This document shows positions 39,362-48,512 of a stretch of 64,000 bases of DNA, piece after piece. Each line of letters begins with the position of its first letter. Position 1 is the stretch's first letter. The notes below the pieces were generated by a model. It ran no database searches and was not told the origin of the DNA. It saw only the letters and a program-made list of their open reading frames with translations. The position numbers and the translations under genes were made by a program. The DNA lies in contig JANRJK010000039.1 in NCBI GenBank assembly GCA_033764015.1, positions 32,001-96,000 of the forward strand, given 5' to 3'. The stretch is from Candidatus Sumerlaeia bacterium (GTDB lineage Bacteria; Sumerlaeota; Sumerlaeia; SLMS01; JANRJK01).

Positions 39362-39404
39362 GGCGCGCCGCGCTGGTGGCACACCGCTTGCCCCTAACGA
39401 TTGC

Positions 39405-40136
39405 ATGAGCGCTCCGTCCCCCGCCCCGGCCACCGCCGAACCGTCCTCCGCGTCGCGAACCGCCGTCGAACTTCGCGCAGTCGAGAAGTCCTACCCCGGC
39501 CCAGATGGCGGTGCCCCGGTGTCGGTCCTGCGCGGAGTGACGCTGGACTTCGCCGAGGGGTCGTTCGTAGCTCTGATGGGAGCATCCGGCAGCGGCAAGA
39601 CCACGCTACTGAACCTGATCGGCGGCCTCGATGCGCCGGACGAAGGCACGATCCGGCTGGACGGCACGGATTACGCGCACTTCGACGACGACGGGCGCAG
39701 CGAGTTCCGGCTCCGCCACATCGGCTTCATCTTCCAGTTCTTCAACCTGCTTCCGAACCTGACGGTGCGCGAGAACATCGCGCTGCCGGTGCTCCTGCTG
39801 CGCAGGAGCGAACGCGACGCCCGCGATGCCGCCGCGCGCATGGCGGAAGAGGTCGGCCTCGGGAACAAGCTCGACCGCATGGCGCACCAGCTTTCCGGCG
39901 GCGAGATGCAACGCGTCGCCATCGCCCGCGCGCTCGTTCACGGCCCGCGGCTCCTGCTCGCCGACGAGCCCACCGGGAACCTCGATTCGAAGACCGGCGA
40001 AACGATACTCGGCCTTGTCCGCGCGCTGGCCGCCTCGCACGGCGCAACCGTCGTGATGGCGACGCACGATGCGAGCGCCGCGGCCGCCGCCGACTACACG
40101 ATCCATATGCGCGACGGCCGCGTCGTCGCCTCCTGA
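39405..40136 (+). CDS. ABC transporter ATP-binding protein (LolD/MacB-like)
   Basis: GASGSGKTT, FQFFNL, LSGGEMQR, LADEPTGNLD, THD. Confidence 0.95.
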   Translation: MSAPSPAPATAEPSSASRTAVELRAVEKSYPGPDGGAPVSVLRGVTLDFAEGSFVALMGASGSGKTTLLNLIGGLDAPDEGTIRLDGTDYAHFDDDGRSEFRLRHIGFIFQFFNLLPNLTVRENIALPVLLLRRSERDARDAAARMAEEVGLGNKLDRMAHQLSGGEMQRVAIARALVHGPRLLLADEPTGNLDSKTGETILGLVRALAASHGATVVMATHDASAAAAADYTIHMRDGRVVAS

Positions 40137-40137
40137 C

Positions 40138-42735
40138 ATGCGCTGGCGGGCGGTCTTCCGCGCGCTCGTCGGCTGCTACGCGCGCCACGAGCGGGGCCGC
40201 ACCGCGCTCACGGTGCTCGGCGTCGCGCTCGGCGTCGCGGTGCTCATCGCCATCGACCTCGCCAACGAGTCCGCCGTCTCCAGCTTCAAGGGAACGCTCG
40301 ACGACGTCGCCGGGCGCGCGCAGCTCACGGTGCGCGCCAACGGGTCCGCGCTGGACGGGGCGCTGGTCGCCCGCCTCGCCAAGGAGCCCGGCGTCCGAAG
40401 CGTCTCGCCGCTGATCGAAGGTCAAGCGCTGCACCGCCGCACGCCCGACGCCCCGCCCGAGACGCTCCTCGTGCTCGGCGTCGACCTGCTCGCGAGCGAG
40501 GAGCGCGATCCGCTTCCGGTCCGCGACATCGCCTTCACCCCCGAGAAGGACCGCCCGTTCACCAGCTTCCTGACCGATCCGCGAGTCGTGGTCGGCACAC
40601 GACGCTTCGCCGACCGCGCGGGCGCTAGCGAAGGTGCCGAAGTGGAGTTCGAGATCAACGGCGCCCCCGTTCGGATGGTGCTTGGCGGCCTCATCTCCGG
40701 CGGCACGCTGGCGGACACGCTCGACGGCAATGTGCTGGTGGCGGACCTCGGCATCGCCGATGCGCTGCTAGGTCGCGGCGGGAAGCTCGACCGGATCGAT
40801 CTCACGCTCGATGAAGGCGCGGACTCGGCGGAAGTGGCCGCGCGCCTCGCGGAGTCGCTTCCCGCGAACGCCCTCGTCGAACGCCCGGAGACCCGCGGCG
40901 AGCGCGTGGATGAAATGCTCGCCGCATTCCGCTTCAACCTGAACGCGCTCGGCCACATCTCGATCCTCGTCGGCGCGTTCCTGATCTTCAACACCATGAG
41001 CGTCGCCGTCGTCCGGCGGCGCCCCGCCATCGGCACGCTGCGCGCGCTCGGCGTTTCGCGCCGCGCGGTCGCCGCCGCCTTCCTCGCGGAGGGCTTCCTG
41101 ATCGGAGCCATTGGTTCAGCGCTCGGGGTCCTCCTCGGAACGGGTCTCGCGCTTGCCATGCTCGACACCGTCAGCGCGGCGATCTCCATCAACTTCGTGC
41201 AGACCGACCCGACGCGGCTCGCGCCGGATGCGGGAATCGTGTTGGCGGGGGTGCTGCTTGGCATCGGCACATCGCTCGGAGCCGCGATGGGTCCCGCGCT
41301 GGAGGCAGCCTCGACCCCCCCCGCGAACACCATGCGGCGGGGGAGCGCGGAGCGTGGTTCCGGCGGCGCGGTGCCCATGGCGGTGGCGGGCGCGGTGGCG
41401 TTCGCGCTTGCCGCGGCGCTTGCGCTTCGCGAGCCGCGCGGCACCGGCCTGCCGATCGGCGGTTACATCGCCGCGACGCTCGCCGTCGGCGCGTTCGTCG
41501 GATGGAGCCGGCTGGCGCTCGGCGGCGCCGCAAGCGGCCTCCGCGGCGTTTACTCGCGCCTCTTCGGCGCCGAGGGCCTGCTCGCCGTCGCCGGCACGCA
41601 GGCCACTCTGGGGCGCGCCACGGTCGCGGTCGCGGGTCTTCTTGTCAGCCTCGCCATGACGGTGGCCGTCGGCGTGATGGTGTCGAGCTTTCGCGGCACG
41701 GTGGTTGGCTGGATGGGCGAAGTGCTGCGCGCGGACTTGTATGTCTCCGCCGCGAGCCCGGGCGCCGGCGTCCGCCCCGCGCCGATTCCCGCCGCGTTCG
41801 TCTCCGCCGCCGAGGCGATCCCCGGCGTCGAGGCGGTCGACCCCTTCCGCGGGCGCCGCATCGTCGTCAATGGGCGCGAGGCCTGGTTCGGCTCCGGACG
41901 CTTCGACATCGTGCGCTTCGAGAACCAGACCATGGAAGGCCGCCCGGCCGCCGAGGTCGTCCGCGAGGCGCTCGCGAACCGAGAGGCGATCGTCAGCGAG
42001 GCGTTCTCGCGCAAGCACCTCCTCGCGACCGGGGATTCGGTCGCCGTGCCCACCGCCGCGGGCGCGGTGGAACTGCGCATCGCCGGGGTGTACCGCGACT
42101 ACTCGAGCGAGCAGGGCTATGTGATCGTGGACCGCTCGCTCTTCCTCGAGTTCTTCCCGGGCGAGACATCCGCGGATTCGCTCTCGCTCTACCTCGCCCC
42201 CGGGGCCGACCGCGCCGCGTTGCGCGAGCGCCTCGCCGCCCTGGCCGTCGAGGTGCCCGGCACTCCGGCGCTGCAAGTGCGCGCCAACGACGAGCTCCGC
42301 GGCTTCGCCATCGAGGCGTTCGACAACACGTTCCGCGTCACCCACGCGCTCCAACTCATCGCGGTCGTGGTCGCCGTGCTCGGTGTCGCCGCGACGCTCC
42401 TGGCGCAGATCCTCGACCGGCAGCAGGAAATCACGACGCTCCGCCACCTCGGCGCCACCCAGTGGCGCGTGGCGAAGGTGATCGTGCTCGAATCGTCGCT
42501 GCTCGCGCTGGTCGGCGTCGCGCTCGGCGTGGGCGCGGGGCTCGCGCTCAGCTACATCCTCACCACCGTGATCATGCTTGAAAGCTTCGGCTGGACCATC
42601 GCCTTCGACGTGCCGTGGGGCCTCGTCGCGCAAAGCGCGCTGATCGTCTTCGTGGCGACGGTGTTGGCGGGATTGATCCCCTCGCGGGAGGCGGCGAAGC
42701 GCATGCGCTCCTCGGGACGGGTAGCGGTCGGTTAA
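40138..42735 (+). CDS. FtsX/MacB-type ABC permease with duplicated architecture (AttFG/YbbP-like)
   Basis: GVALGVAVLIAIDLAN, RRRPAIGTLRALG, MVSSFR, QEITTLRHLG, SFGWT. Confidence 0.9.
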   Translation: MRWRAVFRALVGCYARHERGRTALTVLGVALGVAVLIAIDLANESAVSSFKGTLDDVAGRAQLTVRANGSALDGALVARLAKEPGVRSVSPLIEGQALHRRTPDAPPETLLVLGVDLLASEERDPLPVRDIAFTPEKDRPFTSFLTDPRVVVGTRRFADRAGASEGAEVEFEINGAPVRMVLGGLISGGTLADTLDGNVLVADLGIADALLGRGGKLDRIDLTLDEGADSAEVAARLAESLPANALVERPETRGERVDEMLAAFRFNLNALGHISILVGAFLIFNTMSVAVVRRRPAIGTLRALGVSRRAVAAAFLAEGFLIGAIGSALGVLLGTGLALAMLDTVSAAISINFVQTDPTRLAPDAGIVLAGVLLGIGTSLGAAMGPALEAASTPPANTMRRGSAERGSGGAVPMAVAGAVAFALAAALALREPRGTGLPIGGYIAATLAVGAFVGWSRLALGGAASGLRGVYSRLFGAEGLLAVAGTQATLGRATVAVAGLLVSLAMTVAVGVMVSSFRGTVVGWMGEVLRADLYVSAASPGAGVRPAPIPAAFVSAAEAIPGVEAVDPFRGRRIVVNGREAWFGSGRFDIVRFENQTMEGRPAAEVVREALANREAIVSEAFSRKHLLATGDSVAVPTAAGAVELRIAGVYRDYSSEQGYVIVDRSLFLEFFPGETSADSLSLYLAPGADRAALRERLAALAVEVPGTPALQVRANDELRGFAIEAFDNTFRVTHALQLIAVVVAVLGVAATLLAQILDRQQEITTLRHLGATQWRVAKVIVLESSLLALVGVALGVGAGLALSYILTTVIMLESFGWTIAFDVPWGLVAQSALIVFVATVLAGLIPSREAAKRMRSSGRVAVG

Positions 42736-42747
42736 GGGAGCGGGGCC

Positions 42748-43455
42748 CTACCGCGTCTCCATCACTTGCTTCGCGTCCGGCAGCGAGCCGGTGAAGTTCT
42801 CGAGCGCCTCGAACACCGTCTTCTCGCGCTGGAACTGCGGGATCGGCGCCTCGTGGCCCATGCGGATCGACCCGGTCAGGAATGCGAATCGGTAAAGCGA
42901 CACCTTCGCGTCCAGCGCGGCATCCATGGCGCCGGAGCTGTAGCGGTCGAAGAAGCCGATCCCGTGCTTCTCGAACAGGTGGTTCGCGAGCCAGGGCGAG
43001 CGCAGCGGCTGGCGGATCGTCGCGAGCGCCGGATTCGTCGCGGGCGCGCCGATGATTCCGCCGCAGAGCCGGAGCGACTTCTCGTCGTAGGCGAACGGCA
43101 ATCCGGTGGCGTTGTTCGGCAGGTAGGCGAGCAGCGGCTCGAGCGCGGTCGCGTCGATCACGCTGCGGGGCAGGACGATGTCGCCGAGGCTGTAGCTGAA
43201 GCGCCCGACCGCGAGCGGCGCGGCCTCGACCTCGCCAAGCGCCAGCACGCGCCGCGCGCCCCGGTGCGCGAGCAGCCGCACCGCCACGAAGGCCGCCTCC
43301 GGAGTCTCCTCCTCGACGCAAAGCAGGAGCGCGTCGTCGGTGGCGAGCCGTCCGCGCCATGCATAGAACGGCCCGTCCACCTCGCGGGTCCGCGAGCGGA
43401 GGGCTCTCGCGGCGCCCGCCGCGAGAGCCGTTCCGAAACAGGCCAGTCCGATCAT
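42748..43455 (-). CDS. hypothetical protein, possible divergent nucleoside-phosphorylase fold
   Basis: RVLALG...LGDIVLP resembles PNP/MTAN-family strands; start overlaps the upstream stop (ATGA). Confidence 0.55.
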   Translation of the reverse strand: MIGLACFGTALAAGAARALRSRTREVDGPFYAWRGRLATDDALLLCVEEETPEAAFVAVRLLAHRGARRVLALGEVEAAPLAVGRFSYSLGDIVLPRSVIDATALEPLLAYLPNNATGLPFAYDEKSLRLCGGIIGAPATNPALATIRQPLRSPWLANHLFEKHGIGFFDRYSSGAMDAALDAKVSLYRFAFLTGSIRMGHEAPIPQFQREKTVFEALENFTGSLPDAKQVMETR

Positions 43456-44357
43456 TCGCCCTTGGGGGCTTCCTGCTGGGCTGGCTCCGCCTGCGGGGTG
43501 GCGCCCTGCGCCTCCTCGATGGCGGAGATGACCAATTGGTTGCCGGGCAGCAGCACGAGCGCGTTGCGGTACTCCTGCAGCGCCAGCTCGGGCCGCTTCA
43601 TCTGCACCAGGATGCGTCCGCGGACGTAGTGGTTGTTCCAGTCGAACTTGTCGAGGTCGATCGCCTTCGAGGCGAACACCACCGCTTCCTCCAGCCGGTC
43701 CATCTGCGTGAGCGTGCGCGCGCGCTGGCGGTGCAGCGCCGCGTAGTTCGGATCCAGCGCGAGCCCGCGGTCGAGCGCGGCGAGCGACGCGTCGTAGCTC
43801 CGGTCGAGCTGGAGGCGGCGTCCCTGCAGCAGGAGCGACAGCGGGCTGGGCTGCCCGATCTGCTCCGCGCGGCTGAGCATCCGCATCGCGTCCGCGTCGT
43901 CCGTGGCGGTCATGGAGGCCATCAGCGAAACGTGCTGGTTGTTCGGCTGCGCCTGCAGCGCGCTCACGATGTTCTGCGTGATGCGAGGCATGATCGCCGG
44001 GGTGAGCGGCTCGTTCGGGAGCACGATCTCGATTGGATCGCCCTCGACGATGCGGACCGGTTCGATGATCGGGGCGAAGGATTCGGCGGTGGCGGTGAGG
44101 AGCCGAGTGCCGGTGGGGATGTCGCCGCGGATCGGCGTCAGCCCGAGGCGGGTGCCGTCGATGTAGACGTCGAACTGCGCCCCGTTCTGGGCGCGGATGA
44201 TCATCGTCGCCTTCTTGTCGCTCTTCTCGATCTCACGCGGGAGGATGATCGGCTCGGCCGATCCCGGCTTGTTGATCAGCGCGGGTTCCTGCGCGTTCGC
44301 GCCCGCGAAGAGCGCTGCGGCGGCGCCGAGCGCCGCGAAGAGGTCAGTCGTTCTCAT
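43452..44357 (-). CDS. secreted PEGA-domain plus TPR protein
   Basis: Signal peptide ANA-Q; VYIDGTRLGLTP (PEGA); LALDPNYA...RA and A..LD....HYVRG TPR repeats. Confidence 0.85.
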   Translation of the reverse strand: MRTTDLFAALGAAAALFAGANAQEPALINKPGSAEPIILPREIEKSDKKATMIIRAQNGAQFDVYIDGTRLGLTPIRGDIPTGTRLLTATAESFAPIIEPVRIVEGDPIEIVLPNEPLTPAIMPRITQNIVSALQAQPNNQHVSLMASMTATDDADAMRMLSRAEQIGQPSPLSLLLQGRRLQLDRSYDASLAALDRGLALDPNYAALHRQRARTLTQMDRLEEAVVFASKAIDLDKFDWNNHYVRGRILVQMKRPELALQEYRNALVLLPGNQLVISAIEEAQGATPQAEPAQQEAPKGE

Positions 44358-44556
44358 GGTTGTCCTTCCATTCTTCCCACCAGGCCATTTGGATGGCCTC
44401 CAGTTTCGCCTCGTTCGACTGCTCCCGCGTGCCCTTGAACCCCTCGATGGCCAGGACGTAGCCGAGGAGGTCGGTGAAGCGCACCTGGAGCGGATCGACT
44501 TCCGGGTAGTTCTCGTACAGCTCGATGGCGATGTCTTCGACATCTTCGTAGTTCAT
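44344..44556 (-). CDS. iscX: Fe-S cluster assembly protein IscX
   Basis: 70 aa acidic protein: DIAIELYENYPEVDPLQVRFTDL...SNEAKLEAIQMAW. Confidence 0.92.
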   Translation of the reverse strand: MNYEDVEDIAIELYENYPEVDPLQVRFTDLLGYVLAIEGFKGTREQSNEAKLEAIQMAWWEEWKDNHEND

Positions 44557-44685
44557 CGTCGGATGCCCCCGGGCGGGATCGGCGCGTCCGTCGCTGAAAG
44601 GACAGACTGGCGGAGGCTCGCGGGGTTTGGCCGCAGCCGCAACGGGGAAAGGGCCGGCGCCCCGCTTCGGCGCAGGGGGCCCACG

Positions 44686-45786
44686 CTAGCGCCCGCCCGC
44701 CGCTGGCCACTCGATACGGAGCAAGACCAAATCCTGGCGGTAAGCCTGCCCGGGTGAGCCGAAGGACTGCACGTAGGCGGCGATGCGGTCGCCGTCCGGC
44801 GAGAAATCGAAATCCGACGGCAGCGCGCGCCGACCGTCCAAGTGCTCGGGACTGCCCTTTCGGTTGAACCTCGTGAGTCGGCTCGCGGAACCGCCGTCGC
44901 GGCGCATCGCCCAGTACTCCGTGGTTGGCGTCATCCCGGAGCGCGGCTGCTCGATCCCGCGGGTCGTGGTCCAGACGATCCACTCGCCGTCGGGGGAGAA
45001 ATGCGCGTGCTCGTCCCACTCTTCGTCGCGGGTGAGCCGCCGCGCCGAGCCGCTCGCCGCGTCCATGGCGAAGATGTCGAGCTTCCAATAGTCGGCCTTC
45101 GCAGGCGTCGCGCAGTAGAGCACCTCGCGGTCGTCCGGCGAAAAGCCGTGGACCTCGTAGAACGCCATGTTTCCCGGCGTCCGGTGCTCGACGCGGCCCA
45201 GTCGCGGCGGGGTGTCCCCGGCGGGAGGCGTGAACTCGGCGAAGGCGATACTCCAGCCGTTGCCGGGACGCAGCGCCGACCACACGAGGCGCTTTCCATC
45301 GTGCGAGAAGTGCGGGTGCAGCGCGCCCCCCCAGTCGCCGACGTCGGTCAACCGCCAGGCGCGCGTGCCGTCCGCCTCCGCCAACCAGAGGTCGTTGTTC
45401 ACGCCGCCGCCCGGGCCGGTCATGTGCGACTGCGCGGCGGGTCCGACGCCGGGAATCGGCTTCAGCGCGGGATCGTGGACTTGGAAAACAAGCCATCGCC
45501 CGCCGGGGTGCCACCCCGGCTGCCCGGCGCTCCCCTTCGGAAGCGCCGCTAGCTTTCCGGAAACCGGCCGGAGGTCTCCACCACTCGGGTCCATCGTCCA
45601 CAGTGTGAACTTCAGGTCCACGCCCAGCCGGTCCACGGCGAGGCGCGATCCATCGGCGGACCACGATACCCTGCCACCCCCACGAAGGACCCTCTCCGCC
45701 GCGACGACCCGGGGCTGCGCCCGCAGGAGCGGAGGAAGAGTGAGCAGTAGGAGGGCAACGGGGACTGCCAAGCGGAGGCTGATCAT
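44686..45786 (-). CDS. secreted TolB-like PD40 beta-propeller protein
   Basis: Signal peptide; WSADG, WHPGG, FSHDG, FSPDD, FSPDG repeats. Confidence 0.85.
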   Translation of the reverse strand: MISLRLAVPVALLLLTLPPLLRAQPRVVAAERVLRGGGRVSWSADGSRLAVDRLGVDLKFTLWTMDPSGGDLRPVSGKLAALPKGSAGQPGWHPGGRWLVFQVHDPALKPIPGVGPAAQSHMTGPGGGVNNDLWLAEADGTRAWRLTDVGDWGGALHPHFSHDGKRLVWSALRPGNGWSIAFAEFTPPAGDTPPRLGRVEHRTPGNMAFYEVHGFSPDDREVLYCATPAKADYWKLDIFAMDAASGSARRLTRDEEWDEHAHFSPDGEWIVWTTTRGIEQPRSGMTPTTEYWAMRRDGGSASRLTRFNRKGSPEHLDGRRALPSDFDFSPDGDRIAAYVQSFGSPGQAYRQDLVLLRIEWPAAGGR

Positions 45787-45865
45787 GGGGGCACCCGAGG
45801 CGAAAGCTAGCATCAACACATGTTACGCTTCCAGGTGGTCAGGAATCACGCTTGAACTTTGGAAA

Positions 45866-46017
45866 AGCGACGCCCTTCCGCTCAGAGGTGCGGGCCCTGT
45901 CGCTAAGGGAGATGGGCATCCCGTCTCCGAGCGCCGATGGTCGGGTTGTCGGAGGCGCTTCGCCTTGCGGCCCGGCGCGTCGGGCCGCCTACTACGCCAG
46001 CGCCTCCGGCGCCGGAG
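45866..46017 (+). promoter_or_regulatory. structured 5' leader of nadA (candidate cis-regulatory RNA)
   Basis: Four consecutive or nested stems; the 12-bp stem ends just before the GGAG RBS. Confidence 0.3.
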
Positions 46018-46022
46018 CCTTA

Positions 46023-47162
46023 ATGAACAGCACCTCCACGAAAGCCGCGATCCCGCCCGCGGAGTTCGACCTCTACAGCATCCCGCCCCTGATCGGCAAC
46101 GATGCCGTCGCACCCGCCCTCCGCGGCAGGATCCGAGCAGCCCGCGCCCGCCTCGGCGCCCGGGTCGCCGTCCTCGGCCACCACTACCAGCGCGACGATG
46201 TCATCGCCTTCGCCGACAAGCGCGGCGACTCCCTCGACTTGTCCGCATACGCCGCGGACCTCCCGTCGGTCGAGTATGTCGTCTTCTGCGGCGTCCACTT
46301 CATGGCGGAGACCGCGGACATCCTCACCGACGCCTCGGTGCGCGTGATCCTCCCGGACCTGCGAGCCGGGTGCTCCATGGCCGACATGGCGGAAATCGAT
46401 CAGGTCGAGATGGCGTGGGATGTCCTGCGCGCCGCCACGCCGGAGACCATCATTCCGATCACGTACATCAACTCGACCGCCGACCTGAAGGCTTTCTGCG
46501 GCCGCAACGGCGGCGCCGTCTGCACCAGCAGCAACGCCCGCCGCGTGGTGCAGTGGGCGCTCGAACGCGGGTCGAAGGTCCTCTTCTTCCCCGACCAGCA
46601 CCTCGGGCGGAACACCTGCCACGACCTCGGCGTCGCGCTCGACGACATGGTGGTCTACGACCCCCACGACCCCAACGAGCGCACCGGCGGCAATCCGCTT
46701 TCGGCCTACGCGGAGAAGCGCGCGATCCTCTGGCGCGGGCACTGCTCGGTGCACATGAACTTCAAGCCGAACCACCCGGACCTCTGGCGCCAGCGCGTCC
46801 CCGGCATCAACATCATCGTCCACCCCGAGTGCCAGTTCGAAGTCGTCCACAACGCCGACCTCGCGGGCTCGACCAAGTTCATCATTGAAACTGTCGCTAA
46901 CTCTCCGACCGGCTCCAAGTGGGCCATCGGAACCGAGCACCACTTGGTGGACCGGTTGAGGCAGGAGCACCCGGACAAGTTCATCACGAGCCTGGCGCCC
47001 TACGCCTGCCAGTGCTCGACGATGTTCCGCATCTCCCCGGAAGCGCTTTGCGCGACCCTGGAGAACCTCGCGGATGGCCGCGAGCGCAACGTGGTGTCCG
47101 TGCCCGAGGAGACCGCGAAGTGGGCAACCGTCGCGCTCGAGCGGATGCTGGAACTGCGATGA
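46023..47162 (+). CDS. nadA: quinolinate synthase
   Basis: GHHYQR, FCGVHFMAE, AGCSMADM, YINS, CTSSNA, PDQHLG, GHCSVH, HPEC, GTE, CSTM. Confidence 0.97.
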   Translation: MNSTSTKAAIPPAEFDLYSIPPLIGNDAVAPALRGRIRAARARLGARVAVLGHHYQRDDVIAFADKRGDSLDLSAYAADLPSVEYVVFCGVHFMAETADILTDASVRVILPDLRAGCSMADMAEIDQVEMAWDVLRAATPETIIPITYINSTADLKAFCGRNGGAVCTSSNARRVVQWALERGSKVLFFPDQHLGRNTCHDLGVALDDMVVYDPHDPNERTGGNPLSAYAEKRAILWRGHCSVHMNFKPNHPDLWRQRVPGINIIVHPECQFEVVHNADLAGSTKFIIETVANSPTGSKWAIGTEHHLVDRLRQEHPDKFITSLAPYACQCSTMFRISPEALCATLENLADGRERNVVSVPEETAKWATVALERMLELR

Positions 47163-47169
47163 CCGGGGT

Positions 47170-47592
47170 CTAGCCGGCGAGCCAGCCTTCGAGCATCGCG
47201 AAGCGTTCCGGCGATAGCCGCCGCGGGCGCCCGTCGCGCCCCATGTAGGCGTGGTGCGTGGCGGCGGTCGCGATCAGCGCGCCGTCAGCGGGGCGGAGCA
47301 CTTCGTAGGCGAACGACAGCCGCGCGCGCGTCAGCGTGCTGAGCCGCGCGCGGATCTCCAGCAGGTCGTCGTAGCGGCCCGGCTGCCGCCAGGACGCCTC
47401 CGCCGACAGCAGCGGCATGTAGAAGCCGTCGTCCTCCCACGCCTTGTAGCTGTCGCCCAGCGAGCGGAGGAACTCCACGCGCGCCGTCTCGAAGTACACG
47501 AAGTACTTCGAGTGGTGCAGGAACTCCATGCGGTCCACGTCGGCGTAGCCGACGCGCTGGGTCCATACGAAGACGCGATCCTCAGCCCCCAC
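47170..47592 (-). CDS. acyl-CoA thioesterase (YbgC/4HBT family)
   Basis: RVGYADVDRM..LHHSKYFVYFETAR, PGRYDD. Confidence 0.9.
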   Translation of the reverse strand: MGAEDRVFVWTQRVGYADVDRMEFLHHSKYFVYFETARVEFLRSLGDSYKAWEDDGFYMPLLSAEASWRQPGRYDDLLEIRARLSTLTRARLSFAYEVLRPADGALIATAATHHAYMGRDGRPRRLSPERFAMLEGWLAG

Positions 47593-48427
47593 GGGTAAGG
47601 TCCGCTTCGACCGCTGACAGCTCGGAAGGCTGGAGCATCGCGCCGTACTCGACCCCGCCGCTGAACCGCTTCAGGTCGAGGTGCATCAGCGCCCAGCGTT
47701 CGTGCGTCCGGTGGGCGACGATGGAGCCCAGCTCGTCCTTACCCCAGTAGACCGCTTCCCAGCCCGTGCTGCCGAACTTGATCGAGACGCGTCGCCCGCG
47801 GACGAGAAGCTGCTCCGGGGGCGGAGTTGTGAAGTTCGGGAGCGGCACGGCGCTGCTGCTCTTGGACTCGCCGCCGGACTCGAAAACCTCCGGGATGAGG
47901 CGCACGTCCTCGTAATCGAGCAGGTGGAAGATCACCAGATCCCGTTCCCAGCGCAGGTTTGTCGCCAGATGGTCCAAGTAGTTCGGCGCGATACGGCCGA
48001 TGGCGCGCACATCGTAGTTCGCGATCGGGATGCCCTGCGGCTTCACCCGCCCGCTCGGCGTCAGCGCGTAGACGAGGTCGTAGTCGCGGTCCTTCATCTT
48101 CCCCCGGTAGACCGCTATCGTCTCGTCTTCGAAGAACAGGATCGTCCCCGTGAGGTAGGCGCCCCCGGGACCAGTGGCGACCACTTCGCGTCGCAGGACG
48201 CCGGTCGCCGAGGAGGGAGAGACCGGCTGCGGCGCGCGCGGGGTCTGCGGCGGAGCAGCCGGAGCCGTCGGCGCCGAGCCGAGCCACGGCGCGCCGGTCG
48301 ACGACTTGCGTTCCTCCGGCGGTGGCCATGCCGGCGGCGGGGCCGCCGACGCCTTCCGCTCCTTGTCGAGAACGCTCTGGGCGAGCTTCTTCAGGTAATT
48401 CGTCTCTTCCGCGTCGGGACGGCTCAA
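47582..48427 (-). CDS. hypothetical protein with Pro-rich N-terminus and two small beta-rich domains
   Basis: Natural composition; TTG start; overlaps the thioesterase start. Confidence 0.75.
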   Translation of the reverse strand: MSRPDAEETNYLKKLAQSVLDKERKASAAPPPAWPPPEERKSSTGAPWLGSAPTAPAAPPQTPRAPQPVSPSSATGVLRREVVATGPGGAYLTGTILFFEDETIAVYRGKMKDRDYDLVYALTPSGRVKPQGIPIANYDVRAIGRIAPNYLDHLATNLRWERDLVIFHLLDYEDVRLIPEVFESGGESKSSSAVPLPNFTTPPPEQLLVRGRRVSIKFGSTGWEAVYWGKDELGSIVAHRTHERWALMHLDLKRFSGGVEYGAMLQPSELSAVEADLTRGG

Positions 48428-48481
48428 TCTGATCGCTCCGTTGTGGGTCGCGGCGTGCGGGGTCCGCTTCCATGATAGGAC

Positions 48482-48510
48482 ATACTGTTCCTTGGACTTG
48501 CGATTGTCAA
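48482..48510 (-). promoter_or_regulatory. candidate sigma70 promoter
   Basis: TTGACA-N17-CAGTAT on the minus strand, about 55 nt upstream of the 48427 start. Confidence 0.4.
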
Positions 48511-48512
48511 TG

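Noticed and set aside
45820..46022. Assignment of the nadA leader to a known riboswitch (NAD+-I/II, glycine, c-di-AMP) or to an NrtR/NadQ box
   Set aside because: I could not match conserved cores by eye; kept only as an unassigned structured candidate
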